From contig DEQR01000003.1 of the NCBI GenBank assembly GCA_002360535.1, forward strand, positions 4,279 through 68,278: DNA of 64,000 bases. Reading direction: 5' to 3'. This document shows, piece by piece, positions 19,199 through 28,672 of this stretch. The notes beneath the pieces are model-generated. The model was not told the DNA's origin, did not search any database, and saw only the letters and a program-made list of their open reading frames with translations. The position numbers and the translations under genes are program-made. The stretch's first letter is position 1. Every line of letters starts with the position of its first letter. The DNA is from Thiobacillus sp. UBA3361. Lineage in GTDB: Bacteria; Pseudomonadota; Gammaproteobacteria; Burkholderiales; Thiobacillaceae.

Positions 19199-21898
19199 TT
19201 GGGGGTAGAAGAGTATTCAGGAGGACCCAGAGACTTGACCGACTACGCCAGTCTTACCCGTGAGCAACTCATCGAACGCTTGTTCGCTCTAGAGAGCCGC
19301 ATGGCGGTTACCCCGGAACAGGCTCTGTCCGAAGACGAGCAACATGAGGTCGCGGGGTACTTGCGGCAGCTGGTGGCCAGCGTCGACGAGGCGTTCTGGA
19401 TATGCGATCTGGATCAAGAGCGCTTCCTTTACCTCAGCCCCACCGTCGAGAACCTCTTCGGCCTCCCCCTTGCCGACCTTTACGACGAACCACCGTGCTT
19501 CCTGTCGGTGGTGCATCCGGAGGACCGGGAGCGGGTCGCCACGGCCTGCATGCGGCAGCACACCGACGGGAAAATTCTGGACCTGGAATGTCGCATCCTG
19601 CCTGGCCCGGATGACCTGCGCTGGATCCGCCTGCGCAGGTTTCCCATCCGCGACGCCACCGGCCGGATCCACCGCATGGCGGGCGTGGCCTGGGACATCA
19701 CCGAGCGTCGGGCGGCCGAGCAGGAGTACCGCACCATCATCCAGGCCTCCATGGACAGCTTCTGGAAGGTGGGCGCGGACGGCCGCATCCTGGACTACAA
19801 CGCGGCCGCCTGCGCCATGCTGGGCTACAGCCACGAGGAGCTGGCCAGGCTGTCAATCCACGACATCGATCTGCACGAGGACGCGGCCAAGGTCGCCGCG
19901 CATATCCGCCTGGTCATTGCCCAGGGCCAGGATCGATTCGAGACGCGGCACCGCCGCAAGGACGGCCACGTCATCGACGTGGAGGTCAGTGCCTATCACC
20001 TACCGCGCGTCGGCGGCGGTCGGTTGGTTGCCTTCCTGCGCGACATTACCGACCGTAAACGTACTGAAGAGGCCCTGCGGGCCAGCGAGGAGCGCTACCG
20101 CGCGGTGGTGGAGGACCAGACCGAGGTCATTTGCCGGTTTGACAGCGATGGCGTCCTGGTCTTCGTCAACGAGGTCTTCTGCCGCTTCTTCGGCTGTATC
20201 GCCCAGGAGGTCCTGGGCACCACCTGGCACCCCAGCGCCTACCCCGACGACATGGAGCTGGTCGAATCAAGGCTGGCCACGCTGTCCCCCGCTCATCCCG
20301 TGGTGGTGATCGAGAACCGCGTCTACTCGGGCGACGGGCAGCTGCGTTGGATGCAGTTCGTGAACCGGGCCTTTTTCGACGATGCGGGACGGATCACCGA
20401 GATCCAGGCCGTCGGCCGGGACATCACGGAACGCATACAGGCCGAGCAGGCCTGGCGGGAGGCGGAGGCCTTCAAGCAGGCGATCCTGGATGCCGTGAGC
20501 ACCCAGGTGGCGGTGCTCGACAGGACCGGCACCATCATCGAGGTGAATGCGGCCTGGCGCCGCTTCGCGCGAGAGAACGCCCTCGAGGATGGGCAGTTCC
20601 CCCACAACACGGATATCGGCGGCAACTATCTTGAGATATGCCGTTCGGCCACCGGATACAGTTCCGAGGGTGCACGGGAAATGGCCGAGGGCATCCAGGC
20701 CGTGCTGGATGGACGGCTCCCGGGCTTCATCCACGAGTACCCCTGCCATGCCCCCCATGCGCGCCGCTGGTTCCTGGCGACCGTCACCCCTCTGGGTCGT
20801 GCGGAGGGGGGCGTCGTCATATCCCACCACGACATCAGCGCCCCCCGGCTTCTAGCCGAGGAATTGCGACAGAGCGAGGCGCTTACCCGCAGCATCCTGC
20901 GGGCGGCGCCGGTGGGCATCGGCCTGCTGGTGGATCGGGTCTTCCGGGAGGTCAACCAGGCCATGACCGATATGACGGGTTATACACGGGAGGAGTTGAT
21001 TGGCCGTTCCGCCCGGATGCTGTACCCGACCCAAGAGGATTTTGACTATGTCGGGCGGGAGAAATATGGCCAGATCAAGGAGAAGGGCCTGGGCCAGGTG
21101 GAAACCCGCTTTCGGACGAAGAACGGCCGGATCATTGATGTCGCCTTGTCCTCCGCGCCCGTGGTACCCGGTGATCTCACTCATGGCGTGAGCTTCACCG
21201 CCCAGGACATCACCGCCGTCAAGCGGGCCGAACGGGAACGGCTACAGCATGAGGCCAAGCAAAGGGATGCCCTGGTCCGCGAGGTGCACCACCGGATCAA
21301 GAACAACCTGCAGGGGGTCATCGGGCTGATGCGCCAGCACATCTCCGCCCACCCGGAAACCCGGGCGCCCATCGAGGCCGCCATCGAGCAGATCAATACC
21401 ATTGCCGTGGTGCATGGCCTGCAAAGCCGCCTGGGGCAACATGAACTGCGCCTGTGCGAGATGTTGCACGCGGTGAACGCCGCTACATCCATGGCCATGG
21501 CATTGGCGCCTTCAACCATTGACGACCGGCGCGGCAGCGACATCTGGCTGGACAGCGGCGCGGCCGTGAGCGTGGCCCTGATTCTCAACGAATTGCTCCA
21601 CAATGCCCTGAAACATGGCCACCATGCCGGCGGCGTCAACATCCTGCTGACCGGCGGCGGCGAACACGCCACGATCAGCATCAGCAATCCAGGAGGTCCC
21701 TTGCCCCCTGGCTTCGATCTGGAAAACGGCACAGGTTGCGGAACGGGATTGGATCTGGTGCGGACCCTGCTGCCCAGGCGGGGCGCCACCCTGACCATGA
21801 CCCAGGGCGAGGGCCGCATCACAGCCAATCTCGTCTTGGCGCCGCCAGTCACGGCGGCGCGCCCGCGGGATGCCACGACATGCCAGGAAGAGAAATGA
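19199..21898 (+). CDS. multi-PAS sensor histidine kinase (HisKA_2 / HWE-like)
   Basis: Several PAS/PAC modules are followed by EVHHRIKNNLQGVIGLMRQH (HisKA_2 H-box) and an HATPase region. The start is uncertain: TTG at 19199, TTG at 19235 (AGGAGG 10 nt upstream) or ATG at 19301. Confidence 0.8.
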   Translation: MGVEEYSGGPRDLTDYASLTREQLIERLFALESRMAVTPEQALSEDEQHEVAGYLRQLVASVDEAFWICDLDQERFLYLSPTVENLFGLPLADLYDEPPCFLSVVHPEDRERVATACMRQHTDGKILDLECRILPGPDDLRWIRLRRFPIRDATGRIHRMAGVAWDITERRAAEQEYRTIIQASMDSFWKVGADGRILDYNAAACAMLGYSHEELARLSIHDIDLHEDAAKVAAHIRLVIAQGQDRFETRHRRKDGHVIDVEVSAYHLPRVGGGRLVAFLRDITDRKRTEEALRASEERYRAVVEDQTEVICRFDSDGVLVFVNEVFCRFFGCIAQEVLGTTWHPSAYPDDMELVESRLATLSPAHPVVVIENRVYSGDGQLRWMQFVNRAFFDDAGRITEIQAVGRDITERIQAEQAWREAEAFKQAILDAVSTQVAVLDRTGTIIEVNAAWRRFARENALEDGQFPHNTDIGGNYLEICRSATGYSSEGAREMAEGIQAVLDGRLPGFIHEYPCHAPHARRWFLATVTPLGRAEGGVVISHHDISAPRLLAEELRQSEALTRSILRAAPVGIGLLVDRVFREVNQAMTDMTGYTREELIGRSARMLYPTQEDFDYVGREKYGQIKEKGLGQVETRFRTKNGRIIDVALSSAPVVPGDLTHGVSFTAQDITAVKRAERERLQHEAKQRDALVREVHHRIKNNLQGVIGLMRQHISAHPETRAPIEAAIEQINTIAVVHGLQSRLGQHELRLCEMLHAVNAATSMAMALAPSTIDDRRGSDIWLDSGAAVSVALILNELLHNALKHGHHAGGVNILLTGGGEHATISISNPGGPLPPGFDLENGTGCGTGLDLVRTLLPRRGATLTMTQGEGRITANLVLAPPVTAARPRDATTCQEEK

Positions 21899-22461
21899 CC
21901 CCTGTCCATATCCTGCTCGTGGAAGACGATGTGCTGATCCTGCGCACCCTGGCGCGGGGCCTGCGGGAGGCAGGCTACCGCATCAGCGAGGCCGAGTCCG
22001 CCGAGGAGGCGATGCAAGTCTGCGCCCTGGATCGGCCCGACTTGGCGGTGCTGGATATTCGTATGCCCGGCCTCTCCGGCCTTGAACTGGGCCGCGGGTT
22101 GGTGGAGCGGGACATCGGCTTCCTGTTCCTCACCGCCTATGACAACCAGGAGTTCATACAGGAAGCCCAGCAGGCCGGGGCCCTGGGCTATCTGGTCAAA
22201 CCCCTGGACGTGCCGCGCCTCATCCCCAGCATCGAAACCGCCTTGGCCCGCGCACGCGACCTGCGGCAGTTGCGGGAAAACGAGGAGAAGCTGCTCGGCG
22301 CGCTGGAGAACAGCCGCGAGATCAGCACCGCGGTGGGTGTGCTCATGCAGCGGGACGGGGTGAGCGCGGAGCAGGCCTTCGAAACCTTGAGGGGGCTGGC
22401 CCGCAACCAGCGCAAGAAGATCACCGAGATAGCGCGCGAAGTGCTTTGGCAGGGATCGTAA
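21895..22461 (+). CDS. response regulator with ANTAR RNA-binding output domain
   Basis: REC domain (ILLVEDDVLILRTL ... DLAVLDIRMPGLSG ... LVKP) plus a C-terminal ANTAR-like helix bundle (ENSREISTAVGVLMQRDGVSAEQAFETLRGLARNQRKKITEIAREV). Its ATG overlaps the kinase stop (ATGA at 21895-21898). Confidence 0.85.
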   Translation: MTPVHILLVEDDVLILRTLARGLREAGYRISEAESAEEAMQVCALDRPDLAVLDIRMPGLSGLELGRGLVERDIGFLFLTAYDNQEFIQEAQQAGALGYLVKPLDVPRLIPSIETALARARDLRQLRENEEKLLGALENSREISTAVGVLMQRDGVSAEQAFETLRGLARNQRKKITEIAREVLWQGS

Positions 22462-22616
22462 CAAGGCTGCGCGGGAAACGCCGGGGTTGCGGGGCGGGCT
22501 GTATGTCGGGTGATGACCCGACCCAGAAATGACCCCACCATTGCGGTCAACAAGCTCAGCTCAGTAGGACGCAATAGGCAAAGCCGCATTGCGCCTCACG
22601 GGGAAGCCACCGGCGG

Positions 22617-25600
22617 CTATGCCGCCTCCGCCATCCTGAGCGCGCTCTCCACGTCCACCGCCACCGGCCGGGATACCCCCGGCTCGGGCATGGTGACGCC
22701 CACCAGGTGCTGGGCCAGTTCCATGGTGATGCGGTTGTGGGTGATGAACAGGAACTGGGTCTTTTCCGCCATGCGCCGCACCAGGTTGCAGAAGCGCTCG
22801 GTGTTGCTGTCGTCCAGGGGCGCGTCCACCTCGTCCAGCAGGCAGAAGGGGGCGGGGTTGAGCTGGAAGAAGGCGAACACCAGGGACAGGGCGGTCAGGG
22901 TCTTCTCGCCGCCGGAGAGCAGGTGGATGGAGCTGTTTTTCTTGCCCGGCGGCTGGGCCATGACCGTAAGGCCGGCATCCAGGATCTCGTCGCCGGTGAG
23001 GATCAGTTGCGCCTCGCCGCCGTTGAACAGGTCGCTGAACAGCCGCTTGAACTCCCGGCTGACCTGGTCGTAGGTGTCCTTCAGCCGGGCGCGAGTCTCG
23101 GCGTCGATGCGGCGGATGGCCTCTTCCAGCGTGTTGGCGGCGGTCTCCAGGTCGGTGGCCTGGGCGTCCAGGTAGTTCTTGCGCTCTTCGGTGGCCTTCA
23201 GTTCGTCCAGGGCGGCCATGTTCACCGCGCCCAGGCCGGCGACGGCGGCGTCCAGACGGTCCAACTCGCCTTTCAGCCAGCCCTCGCCCTTGCCGGCGAT
23301 GCCCGCCGCCTCGGCCTGGGCGGACAGTTCCGCTTCGTCCACCTGGGCCAACTCCTCGGCAAAACGTTCTTCCAACAGGCGCGATTCCTGCTGCTTCAAC
23401 TCCAAGGCCTGTAGCCGTTCGCGCAACGGGTCCAGGGCGCGTTCCACCTTCATTCGATCGGCCTCCCGGCCTTGCAGGGCGGCATTGCAGGCCTCCAGGG
23501 CATCCCGGGCGGCGGCCAGTTCCAGTTCGGCGGTCTGGCGCGCCTTCAGGGCGTCCAGCAAACGCTGGCGGATGGGTTCTTCCTGGGCGAGTTGGAGTTC
23601 GGCTTCCAGGCGGGCCTGGGTGTCGGCCAGCTCGGTCAGCAGACGCTCGGCACGGTTGAGCCGGTCTTCGAGTTCGGTGAGCCGGGCGGCCAGGGAACGC
23701 ACCTGGAAGGCCGCCTCCTGGGCCTCCCGGTCGGCGCGGCGCTGCGCCTCGCGTACCGCCTGGAAACGCTGGTCGGCCTCGTGCCGCGCGGCGCGCACGC
23801 CCTCCAGCTGTTCCTTGGCGCCTTCCCACGCCAGGCGCGCTTCCTCGTGGCGCTCGCTGGCGGCGTTATAGACCTCACCCTCGGCGTCCAGCTGGGTGTA
23901 CAGGTCGTCCAGTTCGCGCTCGATCTGGGCGCGGCGGTCGGCCACCCGGCGGGCCGCCTCCTGGGCACGCACCAGAGTGACCTGTAATTCGTGGATCTGC
24001 GCCTGCGCCTGGCCGATCTGCGTCTGCAAGGCCTCGGCCTGGCGGCGGCCGGCGCGCAGTGCCTCTTCCTCGCGGGCGACGTCCGCGCTGATCTCGTCCA
24101 GGCGCATGCGCGCGGCCTCGGCCTGCTCCTCCAGTTCCTCCATCTCGCGCACCCGGGCGATGAGGCCGTGGTGGCCCTTCTCCGGGGCGTTGAAGGTGAG
24201 GCTGGCGCGGCCGACGCGGTGCCCCTCGCGGGTGGCGATGAAGCCGCCCGCCGGCAGGGCGCCGCGCCGCGCCAGGGCGGTGGCCAGGTCGTCGGCGGCG
24301 TAGGCCAGGGCCAGGCGGTCGAACAGGAAGCGCGCCACCAGCGGGTCGCGGGTGTGGATCAGGTCGGCCAGGGGGCGGAAGTGCTCGTCGCTGGCCAGGA
24401 GGTCGAAGTCGGCGTCCGCGCCTTCGGTGGGCAGGACCAGTTCGAAGCGCGCCTCGGGCGGCTCGGCCAGCCAGCCGGGCCGGGCCTCGGCCACCAGGGC
24501 CGCCATGGCCTCGCCCAGGGCCGCCTCCACCGCCGTCTCCCAGCCGGGCTCGACGCGGATCGACTGCCACAGGCGCGGCACGTCCACCAGGCCCTCCCGT
24601 TCCAGCCAGGCCGTGCCTTCGCTTTCCGACTGCTGCGCGGCGGCCTGCATCTTGCGCAGGGCGCCCAACTCGGCCTCGATGCCCTGCACCTGGCGGACGG
24701 CGTTGTCGCGCGCCTGTTGCGCCTGGAGCAGCCGCGCCTCCAGGTCGGGCAGGGCCTCGCGGGCGTTGAGCAGGTATTCCTCCAGGCCGGCGACGCGGTC
24801 CCGGGCCTCTTCCAGTTCCTGTTCCTGGCGCATCAGATGCGCGTCGTCCAGGCTCGCCAGGCCGGATTGCTCGTCCAACAAACGCAGTTCGCGGGCCTTG
24901 AGCTGCTCCATCACCCGCTCGGCGTGGGCCTGGTTGCTCTCTTCCAGTTGCAGGGCCTGCTCGTGGCGGCCGATGTCGGCCTGCACCTGGGCCACGGCGG
25001 CCTGCGCCTCGCGCCAGGCGGCCTCGGCGTCGGGCAGCTCGCCGTTGGCCACGGCGGCCTGTTCGGCCAGCATGTCGGCCTGTTCCTCGGCGCAGGCGTG
25101 GTCGGCCTGGCGCTGTACGATCTCGTCGCGGATGGCCTGCAATTCCCCTTGCGAGCCCTCGCGCCGGCCGGCGGTGACGCGGATTTCGTTGTCCAGGCGC
25201 TGCCGGGTCTCGTGCAAGTGCTTGAGTTCCTGCTCCACCCGCGCCACCTCGCCGCTTTCCGCGTAGAACCTGGCCTGGGCCTGGTTGAGGGCCTCGGTGG
25301 CATCGAAGTGGGCGAGACGCTTGTCCTCCAGGCCGGCCTCCAGGTTGCGCAGCTCGGCGGTGCGCGCCTCCAACTCGGTGCGGGTGGCCTCCAGCTGGCG
25401 GGCCAGCTCGCTTTGGCGCATCTGGGCGTCGCGCTTGCGGTTCAGGGCCAGCAGATGCAGCTTCAGGGTGCGCTCGGCGTCGAAGGCGAAATAGCGCCGC
25501 GCCACCTCGGCCTGCACACTCAGCTTTTCCAGCTGCCGGCCCAGTTCCTGGCGGATGTCCTCCACCCGCGACAGGTTCTCGCGGGTGTCGCGCAGCCGGC

Positions 25601-26144
25601 TTTCCGTTTCCTTGCGCCGCTCCTTGTACTTGGACACACCGGCTGCCTCTTCCAGGAAACCGCGCAGCTCCTCCGGGCGCGACTCGATGATGCGGGTGAT
25701 CATGCCCTGTTCGATGATGGCGTAGGCGTCGCCGCCCAGGCCGGTGCCGAGGAACAGGTCGGCCATGTCGCGCCGGCGCACCTTGACGTTGTTGATGAAA
25801 TAGGTGGACTCGCCCTGGCGGGTCAAAAGACGCTTGACCGCGATCTCGGCGTACTGCGACCACTGTCCCGGCGCCCGGCCCTCGTGGTTCTCGAACAGCA
25901 GTTCCACCGAGGCACGGGAGGCCGGCTTGCGCTGGGCCGAGCCGTTGAAGATCACATCTTGGAGGGTCTGGCCGCGCAGCTCCCGGGCCTTGGATTCGCC
26001 CAGCACCCAGCGTACGGCGTCGATGACGTTCGACTTGCCGCAGCCGTTGGGCCCTACCACACCGGTGAGCATGGCGGTGGCGGGGATGGTCACCGGATCC
26101 ACGAAGGACTTGAAGCCGGCGATGTGGATGTGCTTGAGGCGCAA
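22617..26144 (-). CDS. smc: chromosome segregation protein SMC
   Basis: 1175 aa. Walker A ([20 protein letters not shown]), long coiled coils, a hinge, and C-terminal signature/Walker B ([36 protein letters not shown]). The start is TTG. Confidence 0.95.
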   Translation of the reverse strand: MRLKHIHIAGFKSFVDPVTIPATAMLTGVVGPNGCGKSNVIDAVRWVLGESKARELRGQTLQDVIFNGSAQRKPASRASVELLFENHEGRAPGQWSQYAEIAVKRLLTRQGESTYFINNVKVRRRDMADLFLGTGLGGDAYAIIEQGMITRIIESRPEELRGFLEEAAGVSKYKERRKETESRLRDTRENLSRVEDIRQELGRQLEKLSVQAEVARRYFAFDAERTLKLHLLALNRKRDAQMRQSELARQLEATRTELEARTAELRNLEAGLEDKRLAHFDATEALNQAQARFYAESGEVARVEQELKHLHETRQRLDNEIRVTAGRREGSQGELQAIRDEIVQRQADHACAEEQADMLAEQAAVANGELPDAEAAWREAQAAVAQVQADIGRHEQALQLEESNQAHAERVMEQLKARELRLLDEQSGLASLDDAHLMRQEQELEEARDRVAGLEEYLLNAREALPDLEARLLQAQQARDNAVRQVQGIEAELGALRKMQAAAQQSESEGTAWLEREGLVDVPRLWQSIRVEPGWETAVEAALGEAMAALVAEARPGWLAEPPEARFELVLPTEGADADFDLLASDEHFRPLADLIHTRDPLVARFLFDRLALAYAADDLATALARRGALPAGGFIATREGHRVGRASLTFNAPEKGHHGLIARVREMEELEEQAEAARMRLDEISADVAREEEALRAGRRQAEALQTQIGQAQAQIHELQVTLVRAQEAARRVADRRAQIERELDDLYTQLDAEGEVYNAASERHEEARLAWEGAKEQLEGVRAARHEADQRFQAVREAQRRADREAQEAAFQVRSLAARLTELEDRLNRAERLLTELADTQARLEAELQLAQEEPIRQRLLDALKARQTAELELAAARDALEACNAALQGREADRMKVERALDPLRERLQALELKQQESRLLEERFAEELAQVDEAELSAQAEAAGIAGKGEGWLKGELDRLDAAVAGLGAVNMAALDELKATEERKNYLDAQATDLETAANTLEEAIRRIDAETRARLKDTYDQVSREFKRLFSDLFNGGEAQLILTGDEILDAGLTVMAQPPGKKNSSIHLLSGGEKTLTALSLVFAFFQLNPAPFCLLDEVDAPLDDSNTERFCNLVRRMAEKTQFLFITHNRITMELAQHLVGVTMPEPGVSRPVAVDVESALRMAEAA

Positions 26145-26163
26145 GGACGGAGGGTCTGGGTTT

Positions 26164-26169
26164 TATAAT
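26164..26169 (+). promoter_or_regulatory. candidate -10 hexamer (TATAAT) oriented toward queF
   Basis: Perfect TATAAT in the smc/queF divergent spacer. No convincing -35 at 17 bp. If used, the queF leader would contain the whole 17-bp repeat array. Confidence 0.3.
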
Positions 26170-26195
26170 CGGCGCCGGATTGTAACTTTCTTGGC

Positions 26196-26280
26196 GCCTC
26201 ATTCACCCAAACGCCTCATTCACCCAAACGCCTCATTCACCCAAACGCCTCATTCACCCAAACGCCTCATTCACCCAAAC
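26196..26280. repeat. tandem repeat, 5 perfect copies of a 17-bp unit (GCCTCATTCACCCAAAC)
   Basis: Read directly: five identical head-to-tail copies ending 6 nt before the queF ATG. There are no spacers, so this is not CRISPR. Confidence 0.95.
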
Positions 26281-26286
26281 ACGATT

Positions 26287-26703
26287 ATGCCCAGCCAACC
26301 CAGCAAGGACCTGGAAACCTTTCCCAACCCGGCTCAGGAGCGGGATTTCCACATCCACATCGAGATCCCCGAGTTCACCTGCCTGTGCCCCAAGACCGGC
26401 CAGCCGGACTTCGCCACCCTGTTCCTGGACTACATCCCGGACCAGCGCTGCGTGGAACTGAAGAGCCTGAAGCTGTACATCTGGTCGTTCCGGGATGAGG
26501 GGCATTTCCACGAGGCGGTGACCAACCGCATCCTGGGCGACTTGGTGACGGCACTCGACCCCCGGTTCATGCGCCTGACCGCCAAGTTCTACGTGCGCGG
26601 CGGCATCTTCACCAACGTGGTGGCGGAGCACCGGAAACCTGGCTGGCAGCCGGCGCCGCGGGTGGAACTCTCCCAGTTTCCGGCCCAATCGAATGTTCGA
26701 TGA
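26287..26703 (+). CDS. queF: NADPH-dependent 7-cyano-7-deazaguanine (preQ0) reductase, short type I
   Basis: 138 aa with the QueF signature [48 protein letters not shown]. Confidence 0.9.
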   Translation: MPSQPSKDLETFPNPAQERDFHIHIEIPEFTCLCPKTGQPDFATLFLDYIPDQRCVELKSLKLYIWSFRDEGHFHEAVTNRILGDLVTALDPRFMRLTAKFYVRGGIFTNVVAEHRKPGWQPAPRVELSQFPAQSNVR

Positions 26704-26795
26704 GCAATCAGCCATCAGCGGTCAGCGAAGTCATGGGCTGGCTCCGCCAGCCTGATGTTTCAGCTGATCGCTGACTGCTCATAGCTGACCGCTCC
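26701..26795. repeat. inverted array of TCAGC-type heptads flanking a GC hairpin (REP-like structured spacer)
   Basis: Left arm: TGAGCAA TCAGCCA TCAGCGG TCAGCGA (26701-26728). Centre: GGCTGGC-TCC-GCCAGCC (26736-26752). Right arm: cAGCTGA tCGCTGA cTGCTCA tAGCTGA cCGCTCC (26761-26795), the reverse complement of the same heptad. Positions 26701-26721 match the reverse complement of 26761-26781 at 18 of 21 positions. Confidence 0.8.
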
Positions 26796-26797
26796 GA

Positions 26798-28069
26798 ATG
26801 TTCCTCGGCATCGACTTCGGCACTGGCGGCGCCCGCGCCTGCCTCATCGCCCCCGGCGGGCAGATCGAGGAATTCGCGCGCATCGACTTTCCGGCCATGG
26901 CCGAGCACGAGGCGGCGGGACTGTGGCGCGAGACCCTATTCGAACTCATCGCCCACCTGCCCCGCGCCATGCGCCGGCGCCTGGCCGCCCTGGCCGTCGA
27001 TGGCACCTCCGGGACGGTGCTGGCCTGCGACGAGGCCCTCAACCCCACTCACCCACCCCTCCCGTACAACGATGCCCGCGCGGTGGATCAGGCCGCCGCG
27101 ATCGCCCGCGCGGGCGGGCAGGACAGCCCGGCGGCCAGCGCCAGTTCGGGCCTGGCCAAGGTGCTGTGGCTCAAGCAACACCTCGGCCCGACCCGGGCGC
27201 GGCTCTACCTGAACCAGGCGGATTGGCTCTCGGCCCTGCTTTCCGACCGGCCGGTGTCCGATTTCCACAACGCCCTGAAGATGGGTTTCGACGTGGTGGC
27301 GCGGCAATGGCCCCAGTGGGTGGAGCACCTGGCCGGCGTGGACTACCTGCCCCAGGTGTTGCCGCCGGGCACGGCTGTAGGCTTGCTGGCCAGGCCGCGG
27401 GCCGGCGGACTGGGGGTGAACCCGGACTGCCTGGTGCGCGCCGGCACCACCGACAGCATCGCGGCCTTCCTGGCCGCCGGCGCGTGCAGGCCCGGCGAAG
27501 CCGTCACCAGCCTGGGTTCCACCCTGGTGCTGAAACTGCTTTCCGAACGGCCGGTGGCCTCGGCCCGGCACGGCGTCTATAGCCACTGGCACGGGGACAT
27601 GTGGCTGGCCGGTGGCGCCTCCAATGCCGGTGGCGCGGTACTGCGCCAGCATTTCACCGATCAGGACCTGACCGCCCTGTCCGCCGCCATCGATCCCACC
27701 ATTCCGTCGGGGCTGGACTACTACCCCCTGCCGGCGGCCGGCGAACGCTTTCCGTACAACGACCCGGCCATGCCCCCCCGCCTGGAACCGCGTCCCGCCG
27801 ACCGTGCCCGTTTCCTGCAAGGCATGCTGGAAGGTCTGGCGCACATCGAGGCGGAAGGCTATCGGAAGCTGGTGGAACTGGGCGCCACGCCGCCCGCGCG
27901 CGTGCTGAGCAGCGGCGGCGGCGCCGGCAACACGGCTTACCGGGCCATCCGCCGGCGCCTGCTGGGCGTACCCGTCGAACCGGCCGCACAACAGGAGGCG
28001 GCCTACGGCTCGGCGCGGCTGGCGGCCTTGGGCAGTGCCCTGTTCCATCAACGCGGAGGCCCCGACTGA
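26798..28069 (+). CDS. FGGY-family carbohydrate kinase
   Basis: N-terminal MFLGIDFGTGGARACL (FGGY/actin-fold phosphate-1 motif); 423 aa with kinase-like sequence throughout. Confidence 0.8.
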   Translation: MFLGIDFGTGGARACLIAPGGQIEEFARIDFPAMAEHEAAGLWRETLFELIAHLPRAMRRRLAALAVDGTSGTVLACDEALNPTHPPLPYNDARAVDQAAAIARAGGQDSPAASASSGLAKVLWLKQHLGPTRARLYLNQADWLSALLSDRPVSDFHNALKMGFDVVARQWPQWVEHLAGVDYLPQVLPPGTAVGLLARPRAGGLGVNPDCLVRAGTTDSIAAFLAAGACRPGEAVTSLGSTLVLKLLSERPVASARHGVYSHWHGDMWLAGGASNAGGAVLRQHFTDQDLTALSAAIDPTIPSGLDYYPLPAAGERFPYNDPAMPPRLEPRPADRARFLQGMLEGLAHIEAEGYRKLVELGATPPARVLSSGGGAGNTAYRAIRRRLLGVPVEPAAQQEAAYGSARLAALGSALFHQRGGPD

Positions 28070-28070
28070 G

Positions 28071-28583
28071 ATGCTGGAGATCGAACTCGACCTGCCTTTC
28101 GTCTGGCAACCCGCGCAGCCGGACACAGCGGAGGCGGAGACCCTGTGGCAGGAGGCGCAACTCCTGCTGCGGGTGATCCAGGGCCTGGACAGCCCCCCGC
28201 CCCGGGAAGCGGACCGCGAGACAGCCTTCAGTCGCGGCCTGGAGCGGCTGGAGGCCAAACTGGATCTGGTCCTGCACCTGATGGCACGCGATCCGCGCGC
28301 CGCCCCGCCCGGCCTCGCCACCCGGCGTCTGACGCTTTACACCCAGGGGCTACGCTGCATGGGCGAACCCACCTGGCGGACGGGGGATACCGGCCTCTGC
28401 GTGCTGCGCCCGAGTCCCGCCTTGCCCCTGCCCATCCGCATTCCCGCCCGGCTGGATGCCACGGATGCGCAAGGCTGTTCGATACGCTGGCCGGACATGC
28501 CGGACACGGTGGCCGAGCCCTGGTCCCAGTGGCTGTTCCGCCAGCACCGCCGCGCCGTCCATGCCCGCAAGGAAGGCGCCTGA
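28071..28583 (+). CDS. hypothetical protein (170 aa)
   Basis: The ATG lies 1 nt after the FGGY kinase stop, so co-transcription is likely. No family confidently recognised. Confidence 0.55.
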   Translation: MLEIELDLPFVWQPAQPDTAEAETLWQEAQLLLRVIQGLDSPPPREADRETAFSRGLERLEAKLDLVLHLMARDPRAAPPGLATRRLTLYTQGLRCMGEPTWRTGDTGLCVLRPSPALPLPIRIPARLDATDAQGCSIRWPDMPDTVAEPWSQWLFRQHRRAVHARKEGA

Positions 28584-28672
28584 CCCCCTCCCCGCCCGCT
28601 TAAGTATTTGTTGAATATTCCGATATCCGGGTACACCCGGAGACATACGGGGCGGATATTTGGGGGTAAGGC

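Noticed and set aside
23875-26202. A 775-aa minus-strand ORF and a 725-aa plus-strand ORF overlapping smc.
   Set aside because: Both are alternative frames of the smc coiled-coil region. The sequences are Arg/Pro/Gly-rich nonsense, whereas the smc frame has Walker A/B and signature motifs.
26196-26280. Whether the 17-bp array is a CRISPR array or a preQ1 riboswitch upstream of queF.
   Set aside because: The repeats are strictly head-to-tail with no spacers, and no cas genes are present, so this is not CRISPR. The unit has no internal stem and does not resemble the preQ1 aptamer hairpin with its A-rich tail as I recall it. queF is also not a classic riboswitch-controlled gene.
28071-28583. 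Possible atypical PilZ (c-di-GMP receptor) assignment for the 170-aa protein after the FGGY kinase.
   Set aside because: The helical N-terminus followed by a probable beta-rich C-terminus is reminiscent of atypical PilZ proteins. However, I cannot find RxxxR or DxSxxG motifs at proper spacing, so it stays as hypothetical.
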